DNA of 64,000 bases from Paragordius varius (taxonomy: Eukaryota > Animalia > Nematomorpha), in NCBI GenBank assembly GCA_964247055.1, contig OZ176052.1:3968001-4032000 (forward strand), written 5' to 3'. Below the pieces are notes generated by a model. That model searched no databases, was not told the origin of the DNA, and was given only the letters and a program-made list of their open reading frames with translations. This document shows, one piece after another, positions 22,801 through 37,784 of the stretch. The stretch's first letter is position 1; each line of letters starts with the position of its first letter. A program made the position numbers and the translations under genes.

Positions 22801-25800
22801 ATTTATATGCTATTTTAAACCAATTTCTTAATACATTTTTAAAACTTGTTGACCACATATTTAAATACATTTATTTTAAAAACCTGCTGTATTAATTTTA
22901 ACTTGTCTATTAACCATTTTAATACATATTAACCAATAAAATAATTATTTTTGACACCCTCAATTAGGAAATTGAAGAAAAAGGTCCCCTGCTTATCAAA
23001 CAAAATCGAGATTATGGTCGACTCAGCAAAACTGTAGATGCCCTCTCTCAACAACTCGATCAAGCCAGAGAACGCATGCATGGTCTTAAGCTTGAAAATG
23101 TGTCACTTCGCCTTAAATTTGATAAACTGGCACAGTCTTTGACTGAAACTAAGCGAAAAATTTACCTTGTTTCTGCTACTTGTCTCAATGAATTTGATAA
23201 TACTAATATGAATCTTACTGGCGCCAATGTGGATGTAAATAGTACTAAGATTAGTGATGATGAGCATTACTTTAAAAATTCTAAAATAACTGATCAATAC
23301 AAATATGGTTCATTGCTTGAAGGATCTTTTGCTGAGTATATATTACATTTATTATTGTTTTAAAATACAATTGATGGCGATAAACAAATTTGATGTGTAG
23401 TTAGTTTAGAAATGATATCCTCATTAATAATATAAAACATTGTGAAAACATTAACACTCTAAATGAAATCTTTAGATATTTTGCCCGAAATAGTAATTAC
23501 AACTTGAAAGTGTTTTGAATTAGTGTATTTTACTATTTATGAATGCATTCATGACAATGACTGTAAACGCTTATATTACCACCAGTTATATTTTTTTTAA
23601 ACATATGTTATAAACACTTGGTCTAAACTAATACTATATGTAAATAAATAGTTTCAATTTAAATTAAAAAAATTTACTTTATAATTATATTAAATTTTTA
23701 ATAATTGTTTTCAACTTTTTGCAACCATTAAAAAACGATTTAATCGGTTAATTTAGTCGCATCATATATTTTACATTTGTGATAATGACAACTGTTTATA
23801 ACCATTCAATGCATTCATAAACGACCAAAAATTATTATTTTTGACCTGCTAAAGCATAAGCGTACTTAAAATGTTAAAATATAATTATTTTTCTACTCTA
23901 AGAATTGGTTATACAAGATCCATTTAAAATATCTACTATATTTAATTAAAGATTAACCATTTACTATATCATGTAATATATTGTTATATAATATATTTTT
24001 ATCCCATCCATATATAATTTATTGGATTTAGTTTGGAAAAAGATTTCGCTGCGCCATGTAAACGACCACGATCTGATAAAGATGTTTCAATGCTTTCTCA
24101 TACCAGGTTTTTTTAATTATGTCTTAAGTTTTTTAGGCAATATATATTTTAATTGATAAACGCACATATATTAGGTATAAAATTATATACAGTAAAAATA
24201 TAATGATAAACCAAAATGTAAAAGAAGATTATTTTTAAATGATTCTATTATTCAACTCGAATGATTATAATTGTAAAATATATATTTGAACGAATTAAAT
24301 CCTTTATTAACTAATTTTCCCGCTATAATATATTAGGTAAGAAACATTAACTTTTCAAATATAATTATCCATTGTTTTTAATTCCTATGTCTGGTGTAAT
24401 AGTCACTACCGGTTTAACTAAGAGAAGACGTCAGCGAATAGAACGCAGACGATTAATTTTACACAGACCACATTTTGTTCATCTGATATAAACTAAAATC
24501 ACTTGCAACGTTAATTGGTCAAAACATAGCTTCTTATTTTTGTCATTCACTCATTTTGTGACTTGAGGCACGCGTTCTTCTCTTATTTTAGAAAAAGGTT
24601 TTTGAAAATCATCATTTGCGTAGAACCATGTAGGAACTTGCTGTATCAATTGAAGCATGTGAAACATGGCTAATTTTAAAAATAATATTCAGACCACACA
24701 ACTGCGAATACGATAAAATGTATAATAGTTATGATTACAACTCACACTTCATGGTAATTGGCAGAATCATACAAATCACAAAAAATAGCAGACGTCTACG
24801 GCAATGGGAAAGATAACTCGTTATATGGGTTCCACACTATCAATGGATGTCAAATCGAAAATTGCAAAGTGACTGCAAAATCCTGATTCAGCGTCATATT
24901 TGAATCAGATTAATACGTGAGATGAGAAGTGGTATTATTTTGTAACGAATCGAAAAAATGGCTTTCACCCTGCCAAGCCAGTTCAACACTCAGACCGAAT
25001 CGCTTAGGTCAAAAAACCAAAATCTGTGTCAGGCGGGACCAAAGCGGTATTGTTTGCTATAAATTTTTTCAAACCCAGTGAAACTGTTAACACATAAACC
25101 TATCGCCTACAAATTAATAACCGTTCATTAACAAAAAAGTCTAGAATTCGCCAGTCATGACAAAGTGATATTGCTACATAACAATGCTTAGTTTAAATTT
25201 TTTCCATGGAATATTCTTCCGTATCCGCTGAACTCTTCTGACCTTGCGCCATCTGACTTTACCTCTTCACATAATGGGGCACACACTCACAGAGCAGCAC
25301 TTTAATATTTTAAAGACTTGGACAATTACTTGTAGAATGGTTTACCGTAAAAGACAATCATTTATAACACGGCATTCATATATTACTTGATAGATGGGCC
25401 AAAATTTAGAAGCCGATCAAAAATTTTTCATTTTAACTTAGATAACCTGGTAATATTAATTTTTTATCGTTATATTAGTAACTCGGAAAAGATACTCGTT
25501 GCAAAATACGAAAAAGCCTTGAAATACATACTTGATTACGTTACTTTGGAAACGCCCACCTCCCAACAAAATTCTTTTGATAATTGCCAACAAATGACTG
25601 GACAATCATTTTTAACCAATTTAAATAATTCATATAGTAATTTCTCAAATATTAATACGACAATTCCTATGATCAAGGATACAAATGATAATAATATGAG
25701 TTTAAGCCTTATAGACCCTGAGATTGAATCTCTATATAACTTAGAGAAAAAATTGATAGAAAGCGAAAAATTGGCAACAAGTTTGCGACAAATGGTCGAT

Positions 25801-28800
25801 GATCAGGTATTTATGTTACACAAATAATTTTTTACAAATGAGTTTTCGTATTTTTGGCTGTATAAATTATAAAAATAATTTGGGTATTTATCAAAGAAAA
25901 AGGATTGCAAAAGAAATTAAGGTTTTATTTTAACAATTTCTGTGCATTAAAACCAATGTTTAAATATTTTTGTCATTTATTACTATAGAATAAATTGATT
26001 GATAAATTGAAGACGCAAAATCAAACATATGAGAACATTGTTAATAAGCAAGCTGGTCTTTTACAAGGAAACAATGCAAAAGGTATTCGCACATAATATT
26101 TAATTAATAATTTTTTGTTTTTGTTTAAATGGTTAGATATTTATTAAGGGCTTAAACTTATGTACGCCTCTTTCTCCCAGATAAAATGGTTACATGTCTT
26201 TCAATAAACACTAAAATTTGTAACCAACTGTTTTTTAAAATTTATTAAATTAAGGTGTTCTTAAAAATTATGCTTTTAAAATTTTGGATTTGCAAGTTCT
26301 GCCATGTTTTTTATAATTTAGGTAATGAATTTGCCGTCCCTTCTAAAGACATTATTTCGGATATTCAAAGGCATTATGAGGCTTTAAAGAAGGAACATAA
26401 AGCAGTAGAAATCGAGTTAAAATCTCAGCTCAAAGAAACGAACAACATAATTGCTGCCTTAAAACTTGAATCAAATGCGTTGACTTACAAGGTAATTTGT
26501 TTTATAAAAATCCGTAATCTGGCCCTTAATTAATTAACCTATTTTACCTACATCTTATATTTAAGATATATGGAATATTATTGAGTAACTTTATTTTCAT
26601 GTTTTTTATTAATTATCATATTTTACCTACATACTATATTTTTGACCATTCCTGTATCACCGCAAATATCACTAAACATTACGATATTTATTTCGTTTTA
26701 AAACTGTTTTTGAAACATGAAGTTGTATAAAATGAAATAAATCAATACTTAAACTTTTATACATACCATTTTTATTGGTTATTTAAAATTTAAATTATAT
26801 TCATTACCTACTAAATCATTTTTCCCAAAATTAAATAATTTGCAGCAACGTTTGGCTCAAGATAAAGAAAATAATTTGAGGAGAGATTTAGAGCGTGCCC
26901 GCAAAGAAGTACAAAACGAAAGACAACAATTAACAACTCTGGTTAATAAATTAACTGAAAAAGATGCGGATATTTGTAAAATACAAATGGTAATATATTT
27001 AATTAAGATTATCAAATCAATGCTAATAAAATAACCCCTCTTTTAATCTTTATAAAAATTATTGTACTTTTTTAATTTTTAAATTATAATTGTTAAAAGT
27101 TGTTATACTTTCCCATATTTTATGGGTATAATGTGACCCCCATAAAAGCCAAAAATGAATCATTTTTAATTTTTTCCTTTTTTTAAAAATTTTTTATTGA
27201 TTATTATGTATTATTCAATAAAATTAAATATTCATGAAATTTTTTTAAAAAAATATAATTTAATATTTTTTAAAAGTATTCATTATACGGATTATAAGCC
27301 ATAATTTGTTTTTCTTAATAGGATAAATTATGAGGAGAACATCTATTGTACATATCAATTAAAAATTTATAATATTTTCTTTTGTTATAGAAAACAATTG
27401 AATTACAACAAGAAATATCGAGCAAGGATCTGAATATTAAACGGCTAGAAAGTCAAATTGAAACGTTAAAGAGTCAAGTGGATGTTATGTCCAAAGCCAA
27501 ATCTTTAGAAAATAGTGAAAATTCTCTTTTGAATAACATACTTGGCAACATTAAAACTCTCCAGGTAAATATTTTTCTTTTTCGCAATGTTTTAACATTT
27601 TTTATCATAGAATTCTAAAAAATAAATATGTTAATTCTATCCTATGATAGGTGGTTTAATATCTTTGCATATATTTTAAGAGTGAATTAATTTAAATAAT
27701 TTGCCGAATGATTTATATTAAAAAATCATTTAGTCGTTTTTTATAATAAATAGGGAATATTGAGATATTTTTCAATTCTTATTTACATATATCATTTTAA
27801 TTTAATATATTCTTACACACATTAGACTTCGTTTGAATTAACGGAAAAAGATACGGTCGGTAAATTAGCCACTGAAAACGCAACATTGATTGAGGAGAGA
27901 AAAGAATTAAAATACAAATTAGAAAGCTTACAACTGGAATCACGTGTTAAAGAACAAGAATATATGGTATATTCCGTTTTATTTGCTATTTAAACCAAAA
28001 ATTAATTTTCATGTTTTAGCTTTTTTTTAAAATTGTCCATGGTTCGGTTCTTTATTATAAACTAACTTCTCATATAATCCAAAATTGATTGCGATGCAAT
28101 ATAATATACAGATCATTTTTAAAATTCTCTATTATTTTTGTAAAATTGATTGAACATTTGTTGTAACTAAAATTATCAAAGATTAAATAATGTAAATTTA
28201 AACACTAATATATAAAATGAAAATGTTGGACAAGCAATGTGTTCTACAAAGGATAGAAAAGGAGTATACAGAAAAAAAATGTTACATATCAGTTTACATA
28301 TGTATTTAAACAGCATTCCATTAATTTTATCCTTTATTGTTATGACAATACTAGAAAAAGGTTGAAGAACAGACCTATAAATCAGATGCGTTGGGAAAAG
28401 AAATTAGTCAATTAGTTTCAGAGAAATCTAAATTCTCAACACAAATTCAACAATTAACGCAAGAATTAAATGAAAGTCGAAGCGCACAATTTATCACATC
28501 TACGGTCACAGGTTTGTTGGGTGAAGAACAACCCAGCGGGCTTGGAAATACCAATGATTCAATCTTATCTTTTGGTGTTTTTTTATTTATTTTTCCTAAG
28601 TTTTCATATAATAATTTACAGGGGGGGCATCCTTTGAAAATTACTCTGATCATGGTTAAAAATATCATTAATACAATGCTTTTGTTGATATATTCATTAA
28701 TATTTAATTTTTCCAAGAAAAAATTTATTTACAGTGGACTGCGTCATCTTGACCCTGAAAGTGGGTATATATGAATCGAAATCCGCATCATGACCGTTTT

Positions 28801-31800
28801 TTGGGAGATAAATTAAAAAAATTTAGTTTATAATTAATGATAAATATATGTTAATAGTGGCCCTATTTTTATCCAAATTGTTGTAAAATATATGGATATA
28901 TTATCTACATCTTTTGACTTTTTTTGAGAATATTTAGTTAATATTCACATTTTTTTCAATATTTTTTGTTATGTTAAAAATAATTGAAAATTTTTTTCGC
29001 TTAATTACACTTGTAATAGTTTGTGGCAAGGTATACGCAATTTAGCCGTTGTATCTTAAAATTAGATAGTTCAAGAATTGGAAAATTAGTAACAGTTTTA
29101 ATTATAACGGACGGTTTATTTAAAAAAAGTTTATAAGGGGTCAATATTTAGATTATCTATTTTTAAAATGTATCATTTCGTATATTTAGTAATTTTTTAT
29201 TACATTCATACAAATCATGAGCCATATTTGCTTAAAATTATTTTTTAGGTGATATTGGAGCTAGTTCATCATTTATGCAAATACCAAAGTTGGATACGAT
29301 CACTAAAATTAAAGATGAAGAAATCTTCGGTAAAAATATATTAAACATAATATTTATACGATGCGATGTATTTTTGTCAAAATTTTTGGCTTAATTTTTA
29401 AAACATCCGAAAGATATAAATACTTTAAATATCGATAACAATATTTTTAAATAATATCTTAAAATAAAATTTATTTATTTTTAATCCAAAGATTTAAAAA
29501 ATACGTTGAAAACGAACGAAGAACATCTCGCCAACTACAGATCCATGGCAGAAAATATGGAAAAACAATTGAATCAAAGTCAAGAACTTATAGTTAAATT
29601 GGAGACTACGTTGGAACAACATACAAAAAAGCATGAATCTTACGTTGAAGAACGTGAATCTATGGTTTCATTTTATAAAACAATTATCTTCACCTCTTTT
29701 TTAGTTATATATTAGTAAAAGTTGGAAATTAGCCTAAGTCTTTACAATTTTTTATATTTTTGTCATGTACTTTTACCTAATTATAACAAAATACCGGGAA
29801 AAACTAATAAACAGTAACATAATGATGAGTCAATATTTATATACTTTTATTATTTATTATTTTCATGTTTAAATAATTTTTGAAACTTTTTTTTTTCATT
29901 TTTTTGATCATACATTAAACATTAATTACGCATTTAATAATTGAATTCGTGTACCCATCGCTCGCTAGTTAAAAGATTTGAAAACGCGACTTGAAACCCA
30001 AACGAATCAATATAACCAAGAGTTGTCTGAATTAAATGCAACCGTTAAAAATCAATCGGAGGAGATTGAACGTTTACAAAAACTAGCTAATGAACGCAGT
30101 GAATTACGCGATCAAATGGCTGAGAGGTGTCGAACACTCGTTTCTCAAAACTGTGAATTAACTGTTCAAATTGAACAAATTACGCAAGAAAAATCAGTCT
30201 TAAAGGATGCTTTAAATAACCTTAAAGGCTTGATTTGTACTAAAGCAGCCAAAGGAATTACGTCAACAATACCAGCCTTGGATAGGCCAGATGGCAAAGG
30301 GATTGATGATAAAGACATAGTATTGAATTGTTTATCACATCATCCATTATATACATACCTACCTGCATTTTTGATTTTTATTAATTTTGAATATTAACGA
30401 AATTTGGTAACATATACATACATAATAAGCATTATACGATTTAAAGCAAAACGATTTTTCATAAAACTATTTGAAAATGCCATATTTTTATATCTCGTGT
30501 CACATTTTAGCCAAATGCGAATAGAAAAAGAATTAGATACTATAGTTTATTTTAAAAGCAAGAATTCAATCTAGTCATTAAAATTAAACATTTTTATTTA
30601 AATTTATATAATATTCATTGTAAGTTCTTTATTATAAACTAATCAAAAGTAGTTATAGAGATCTCTTTACCACCTATTTTTTATATATAGTAACACTAAG
30701 AAAATAAGTCAAAAATTACAATAATATACAGCTTTCATATATAATATTTCAATTTTAGTATATTAAATTATTATTATCCATTATTTATATTATATGACAT
30801 AGGATGAATATATACAATCAAATATTAAAATTAAGTCAGAATACGATAATTTACTCAAAAAGTATGGCCAACTTGAAGAGGCTTGTAACACATTGTCTCA
30901 AGAATGTGACAAGGTTTTTTATTTATTCATCTTTATCCACATTGTTACCAAAAATTATTATTTTCAAAGATAATAAATAGCAGATATTTAAAATAAATCA
31001 TTTTCACATTTATTTATGTTTTAGTTAAAATCTGGATATTCTCAAATGTTGGGTACAGCTTTCGAAGATCCTGAACGCTTAATTACGTTGGATGATTTGA
31101 AAGCCGTGTTTACTGAAGGGGAAGGAAACGCAATGAATTCTAGTGGTACGAATACCACGACCCCTGCTCAAAATATAATTTCATACATCAAGTAATTAAT
31201 AAAATTATTTTTTAAAAGAATTAATTATACATCAGAATTTAATAAGATTTAGAATCGGAACCACTCGGCTTTAAAATTAAAAAATGGTTTCAAAAACGAG
31301 ATTTTACATCCAAATGTTAATTCGTGAATTTTTTATTGTTTGATTGCAATATATTTTTGTATTTTCTGTGTATGTAACCATTCATATATTGTATATTTTT
31401 TAACAAAAAACAGGTACACAATTAAGGTTGGAAGCATACATATTTTTTAGGCAATTACCCAATAATGCAAAAAAATAAAATTTATATATAAAACGGAAAC
31501 TCATATATAATTTTAAAACGCAATAACTTTAATTTGTGCTGCTTTTATTTATAGCTATTTACGGATGTACAACCAAAAATTTCTTAAGGAAGGTCAAGAT
31601 TACAAAATTGAATGCAAAACGCTCCAAATGAAGTGTGTTGATTTGGACAGAAAATTGGTTGAATTAACGGAAACCATTGAAAAGTCAACCAAACAAAACA
31701 CGATCGATGAGGTTAGTATATTTTTTACACGCGAGATAATTTTTAATCGGTTTATCAAATTGTTTATAATATCGATTCTAAAAATTTATATATTCGCTAT

Positions 31801-34800
31801 TATCATTTTCAATCATACCAACTATTTTTTGATTTAAATTAAATTTATTTCAAAAAGCGAAATATTGCAAACATTTTTTTAAGATTTAGAAACCATGATC
31901 CGTACTTATAAAAACGGTATTCCTTATTGTTTTTGTAAAAGTTTCCCCTATATCGTGTCCAAAAAAGTTATTTTTTTACATTACCTATATAATTTATTAT
32001 ATAAATAGTCTGTAGAAACCAAATACGTAAAAGAACTAGTAGAGTGCAAAAATCGCATTAGAGACCTTGAATCAGAACTTAGGATTAGTGTGGCTAATTA
32101 TGAGGATTGTCACACCAAATACTTGATCCTTTTGGATAAAAGCACTCAGCCACCCTCCATACCTGATAAATTAGAACCAATTTTGCCCATAGGTCCCACA
32201 CCCCAGGAATTGGAGCTTAAACGAATCAATACACTGTTAGAAACGGAAAATACTGAAATGAAGTTAATTTTTGTTTTTATTTCTTTTTTTGTTTTGCTTT
32301 AAAGTGCAATATATTGACGGTTTTTCGATGTGATGTTTACATATTGACATCATTTGAAACTAACATATTTAAATTTTTTAGGTCATTTTGCATGAGTATA
32401 TAATGCCTTTATTGGAATCATTTTGTGTGAACAACATTCGTAAAAAAGTTTACTTTAGTATAAAATTTACGTTTTAGATAAATTTATATTTTATTAAAGC
32501 CTGTTTTTCAATTAAATGTTTTTTTTGTTTAGACACGCAATTAAAGATTGGGAAGAAAAATATCGGGACATGTCACAAAGGCTGGATGATTTAAGCAATA
32601 AAAATCAGAAAGAAACTGAACAACGCGATCAAAACGTTCAAAGGTTTATAATATACTTATTGTTACATTATAATTTATTTAATAAAATTAATTTAATATA
32701 TTGTTAAAATGGCGTTTTACTTTTTTTTAATATTTTTGTTTTGGGATTCAAATACATTCATGTACGAAATGGCTTAAATATAAATAATTAATTTTGTTTT
32801 TTTATTTATTAAAAACAGAATAATTTATACATAATAATATTTAGTCTTGTAAATCTCATAACTCTTATTCATACATCATTATTGTTTAAAATCGATCAAA
32901 AATTTTATATGTGTATAGAAAAACATCATGTTTTATCTAATTTAGGTATAATTATCGGATTACGTAAATTTAACAATAACTACTTTATTTAATCGGTAAT
33001 TTTTTTACCACACGAATAAACATTGTCAAATGTTAATAAACAAATCGAATAAACACTAATAAAACCAGGATTAAAATCATTTTTGTTAGTTCAAAATTAT
33101 ATAAAAAATTATTAGTTTGAAAGAGGAAATCGAAGATATGACACTCAAACTTGCCGTATACATTAACAAAGATGCAGTGAACGAAGATAAGCTTAGGGAT
33201 ACCGAGGAACAGAATCAAACACTTTTAGCCAAGATTGAAGAAATGGTAAATTTTATTTATCATTTAAAATGATATAAAAGGGAGATTATTTTCAAATATT
33301 TATTAATGTGATTAATTATTTTCTATCGAATGATGATTGCTGTAAGAAATAAACCATTATTATTTATCAAATATGACCATTGTTATAGAGTGTTTTTATG
33401 ATATCATACTATAATTTATACTATATTTAAAGTTAAAACAACGGTATTAAGAATCAGAGAACCGTTATATGTTCCTGTTCTAGTACAAATTTCGCCAAAA
33501 AATGATTCCTTTAGTTTTTAAAAAAAAAATTTGATTCGGTTCCACATAAACGGTTTTGGTTTTGATTCCTGGTAAAAACTAAAGAAACTCCTGACAAAAA
33601 TTTAAAATTGGTGGCTAATAAATTTATCATTATAGGTAAAGTAGTATGAAACTTTTTTTGATCCTTGTTTAAGCTATTGTATACCAAAGTTTTTGCTTAT
33701 ATTACCTAATAATTTTTTGACTTAGTTTATTTAAATTCATAAAATATTACACGTCGTGGTTTATGTAGCGCGTAACCAACAATAAAATCCGTGCGCTTGC
33801 CCGCAAATACAAACAATTGCACGAAGAATCGACCGGGAATATGAGTGGAGAGGCCTTAATTTCAAATTTAATTAGCACTAATAATAATGTTATAACAACT
33901 TGCTCTAACTCAACGGCTATAACGCCAGGATTATTAAGCCACCTTTCAACAACACAGTTTGCCCCCCCATCCACAACGGATAACATTGAAAGTGCATTAG
34001 CTAATGTTGACCAAGTAATTATAATTGTTTGCCTCTACATAATGCAGAAAAATATAAATTAATAAGTAATAATAAAAGGCATGACCAAAATTATGATCAC
34101 GTTAATAATTTTTCATTGTATCAATTGGTAGATTAATATTTAGTTTTTAAGGTTTTAAGGGTGTATATGATGGATTTTGTAAGAAGTGTTAGGATTTTGC
34201 CATCATGTATAATCAATATAATGATGATAGTATTCTTTGTAAATATATATATACTTTTATATATAATGTCATCAAAAAAGTATGGCTTTAGAAAAAATAC
34301 ATTTTTTGTGTTATTTAGCTATTATTGTATTATATAATTTTTTTGCTTAATACTTTTTTGAATCTTAGATAAATATGGATATTAACCCCGGTGAACAACA
34401 ACATTTGGATACGACCGATTTTAAAAGTATGTTTTTTCGATATTAAATCTAATACAATTTATATTAAATGTTAATCCATATGTTGTCGTCCTGTAGATAA
34501 ATACGAACAAACCGAATCTGAACTTCAAACTGTGCGAGACAAATGCGATGACTTACAAAAGGAATTGGGTAATTTTTGTCATATTTGGGGATTAAAAAAA
34601 TTAAAACCTAATTGTTTTAGTGCTTTAATAATCGCATTTTATAGTTAAAGTTTTGACCATTAGCAACTGAGACGACTAGCGATGATGTAAATGAATGATC
34701 AATTTCATTATTTTTACCGCAAAGCAGTAAAATATTATGGACGATAGAAATTATATATACTTGTATAAAGTTATATACATTTCTCCCAACGTTTTAAATT

Positions 34801-37736
34801 TACACCTCTATCTTACTTATTTTTACAGAAGAAAAAAATTTGCGTTTGGCCTCCCTCAAATCCCAATATGAGGCGCGAATCAATAAAATGAAATCACAAA
34901 TGATGGTAGTAAGTGAACAACAATCAGAACAAAAAAGCTCAATTATTGCTAATGAAAGCGAAATATCAATATCCAAATCACCATTTGTTACAACAAGTGT
35001 CGAGGGTCGTGGCGATATGTCATTTGTCCAATCTACATTATTATCATCGACGATGACAAATGTAGTAGTATCTAATATAGAGCCGTCGTCTATCAATAAT
35101 AAAAATAGCTCAAATTTGGACTTTGAATTGTTGTCCCCAAATCGTTCTGATTCTCTACTGCAACAATTTTTGCCTGTTAAGAGTGAGGTAGTAAAATATA
35201 AAAAAAATTTGATAGAGAATTAATTTTTTTTATCATTAATTCGTTTTTTACGCATACATTATCTATTATTTATTTTAAATAAAAAAAGATATTTTTTTGG
35301 CTGTTTAATTTTATATGGAGTGTACATCCTGATGTAGAAAATTTATACCAATTACAGTTCAAATTTACCCTTCAACAATTTAAATTCACCCTTGAACAAT
35401 TCAAATTCATCCTAAAAAATAAATTATGTGTTTTCGAACTAATATAAATCATTATGAATATGAAACATATATCTTTATGGCATTGTTTTATATTTTTTTA
35501 GTATTGTTTTAATTTAAAACAAAATATTAGTGTTTAAAAATATATTAAAATATAGGCAATTTTTAATCTTTCTATAAACACATAATTTATTTTTAGGGTG
35601 AATTCGAATTGTTCGAGGTTGAATGTGAATTGTGTAAGGGTGAATTCGAATTGTAAATGGTATATTATATAAGTGTACAGTTAGAATACTATATTTGTAT
35701 TTTTTGACTCTTAGCAAATAGGTTTTAATCAAGAATCAACATGTCAACCAATCACTAAGAAGGCTGCTGCCAATGTTAAAGGATTTGTTGTGTCTCCAGC
35801 TTTTACTATATCATCATCCGATGCAAACATAGGTATATTATTTTATATTTAAATTTAATTCGTGTACTATTTTTCCAAATTGTAATGGGCGAAATTTGAT
35901 AATGCTTCTATTTTTAGCCATATTTTGTTGTAGTTTTTCCATAATTTATTTAAGAAAATATTTGGTATTCTCATATATATATATATATATATATATATTT
36001 GTATATATATTTGTGTAATTTTTTCATTATAATTTTTTGGATAGAAATATTTCATAATCTGTAATGATTATTTAAATATATACAATTTAAAACATTTTTT
36101 CCCTTGCTACTGTGAAATAAATTGATTTTTTAATTATTATTTTTTACAGATTTTAAATTCTATTTTACAAAAAGATATGAATTTGATTATTATTGTTTTA
36201 GAAAACGCACCCGAAAGAAATACTGTTGAGGAATCAAGTGTTTATGGAACACCCTTTTGTAATATTAACTCGGTGACAACTAACGTACTCTATTATCAAG
36301 CTTCATCAAGTGATAATCTTTTATTGTTCAATATAATTTAGATATTTTTTAAATATTCTACGACATTAATTTATTTAAAACTATTGACGCCTTTTCATTG
36401 GAATTGTGTAAAATATTCGTAAATTTCTAATTTTGATGAAATTTAAATTTTAAATATCAATTATTTAATCAACTTTTTCAGGTACCATAATTATTCCATA
36501 GCTAACCTAAATATATGTATGTAAATTCAATTATTTATTGAAAAATGTATATTAATCTATCTTCATAAAACAACCTAAATGAGGAATTCTAGATAAAATT
36601 TAATGACAATTTAATTAATAATCTTTTTTTGCTGGACCGTTTTTAGTTTTATTAAATTATAAATATAATATAGAGTAGTTTCAATTAATTTCGTTAAATT
36701 GTACAAAAATATTCATTTATATGATATAGAAAAGTTTAATCTTAATTATAAACATTTTTATAGGTATAACCAGCTCAAATGTAAGCACGAAACCTGCCGT
36801 TAGTATTAAACCATTACTTTTCCCACCAGCGCCGAAAATATCTCAATATTATTTGGGGTCAACTGGAACTTCAAGTTTGCCTGTTTTTAAAGAAACTTGT
36901 ATTGAATGAAAATTTGAAAAAATATCAAAATTTTTGGTTGGTTTATTGAAATACTGTTTTTGGAAAAAATATAATGTAGTCTATTGATGGTATATTTTAT
37001 GGAATCCACTTTTATTATTATAATTATATAATCATTTAAATTATGTTCACAATATATTTGGAATTAAGTATATTCAGCGATAATCGTAATATTTTTTATA
37101 TAAATTCTCGTTTACTACGAGGAAACCTACTTAAACTTAAAAAACCAAATCAAATAATATATTAAATACCTTAAAAATGGAATCAATAAAAGTCCTCCTA
37201 AAAAATGAAAAATAAAATAGTCATTTTTTGCAAAAACATATGAAAAAATTGAAGTTATAAAACAAGTATGTCATCCAAATATATGTGTTTTTACATTTTT
37301 AGTCTGTATAAAAATTAGTTTTTTACTGAAAATAATTTTTTTAGGAACACATACTAGCACAATTGGTATTGCTGCCCCTAATGTACACGCAACAATGTTT
37401 CAATCTCCCATATCTTTTACGCCATTTTCTGTCAACCATACTAACGCGATGAACACAGATTTCGAATCAATCATGTCGGGACAAGGTTCATCCGATATAA
37501 TTGAGCAAAATGAAGGTAGACTTATTGATTATGATTTTTCAATAAATTTTTAATAAAAACTAAGTTTTGTAGAAAAAAATGGTTAGAATTCTACAACCCT
37601 TTTTATTAATTCATGACAACTTAAAACGACAACTAAGGTTATATTATAAAAATCTGAGTAAGATAGGTTAATTTTTATGGAAAAAAATTGCCTGTTTGTT
37701 TTTAATTATTGTGAAATTTTTATATTTTTATCCACT

Positions 37737-37784
<48 letters not shown>
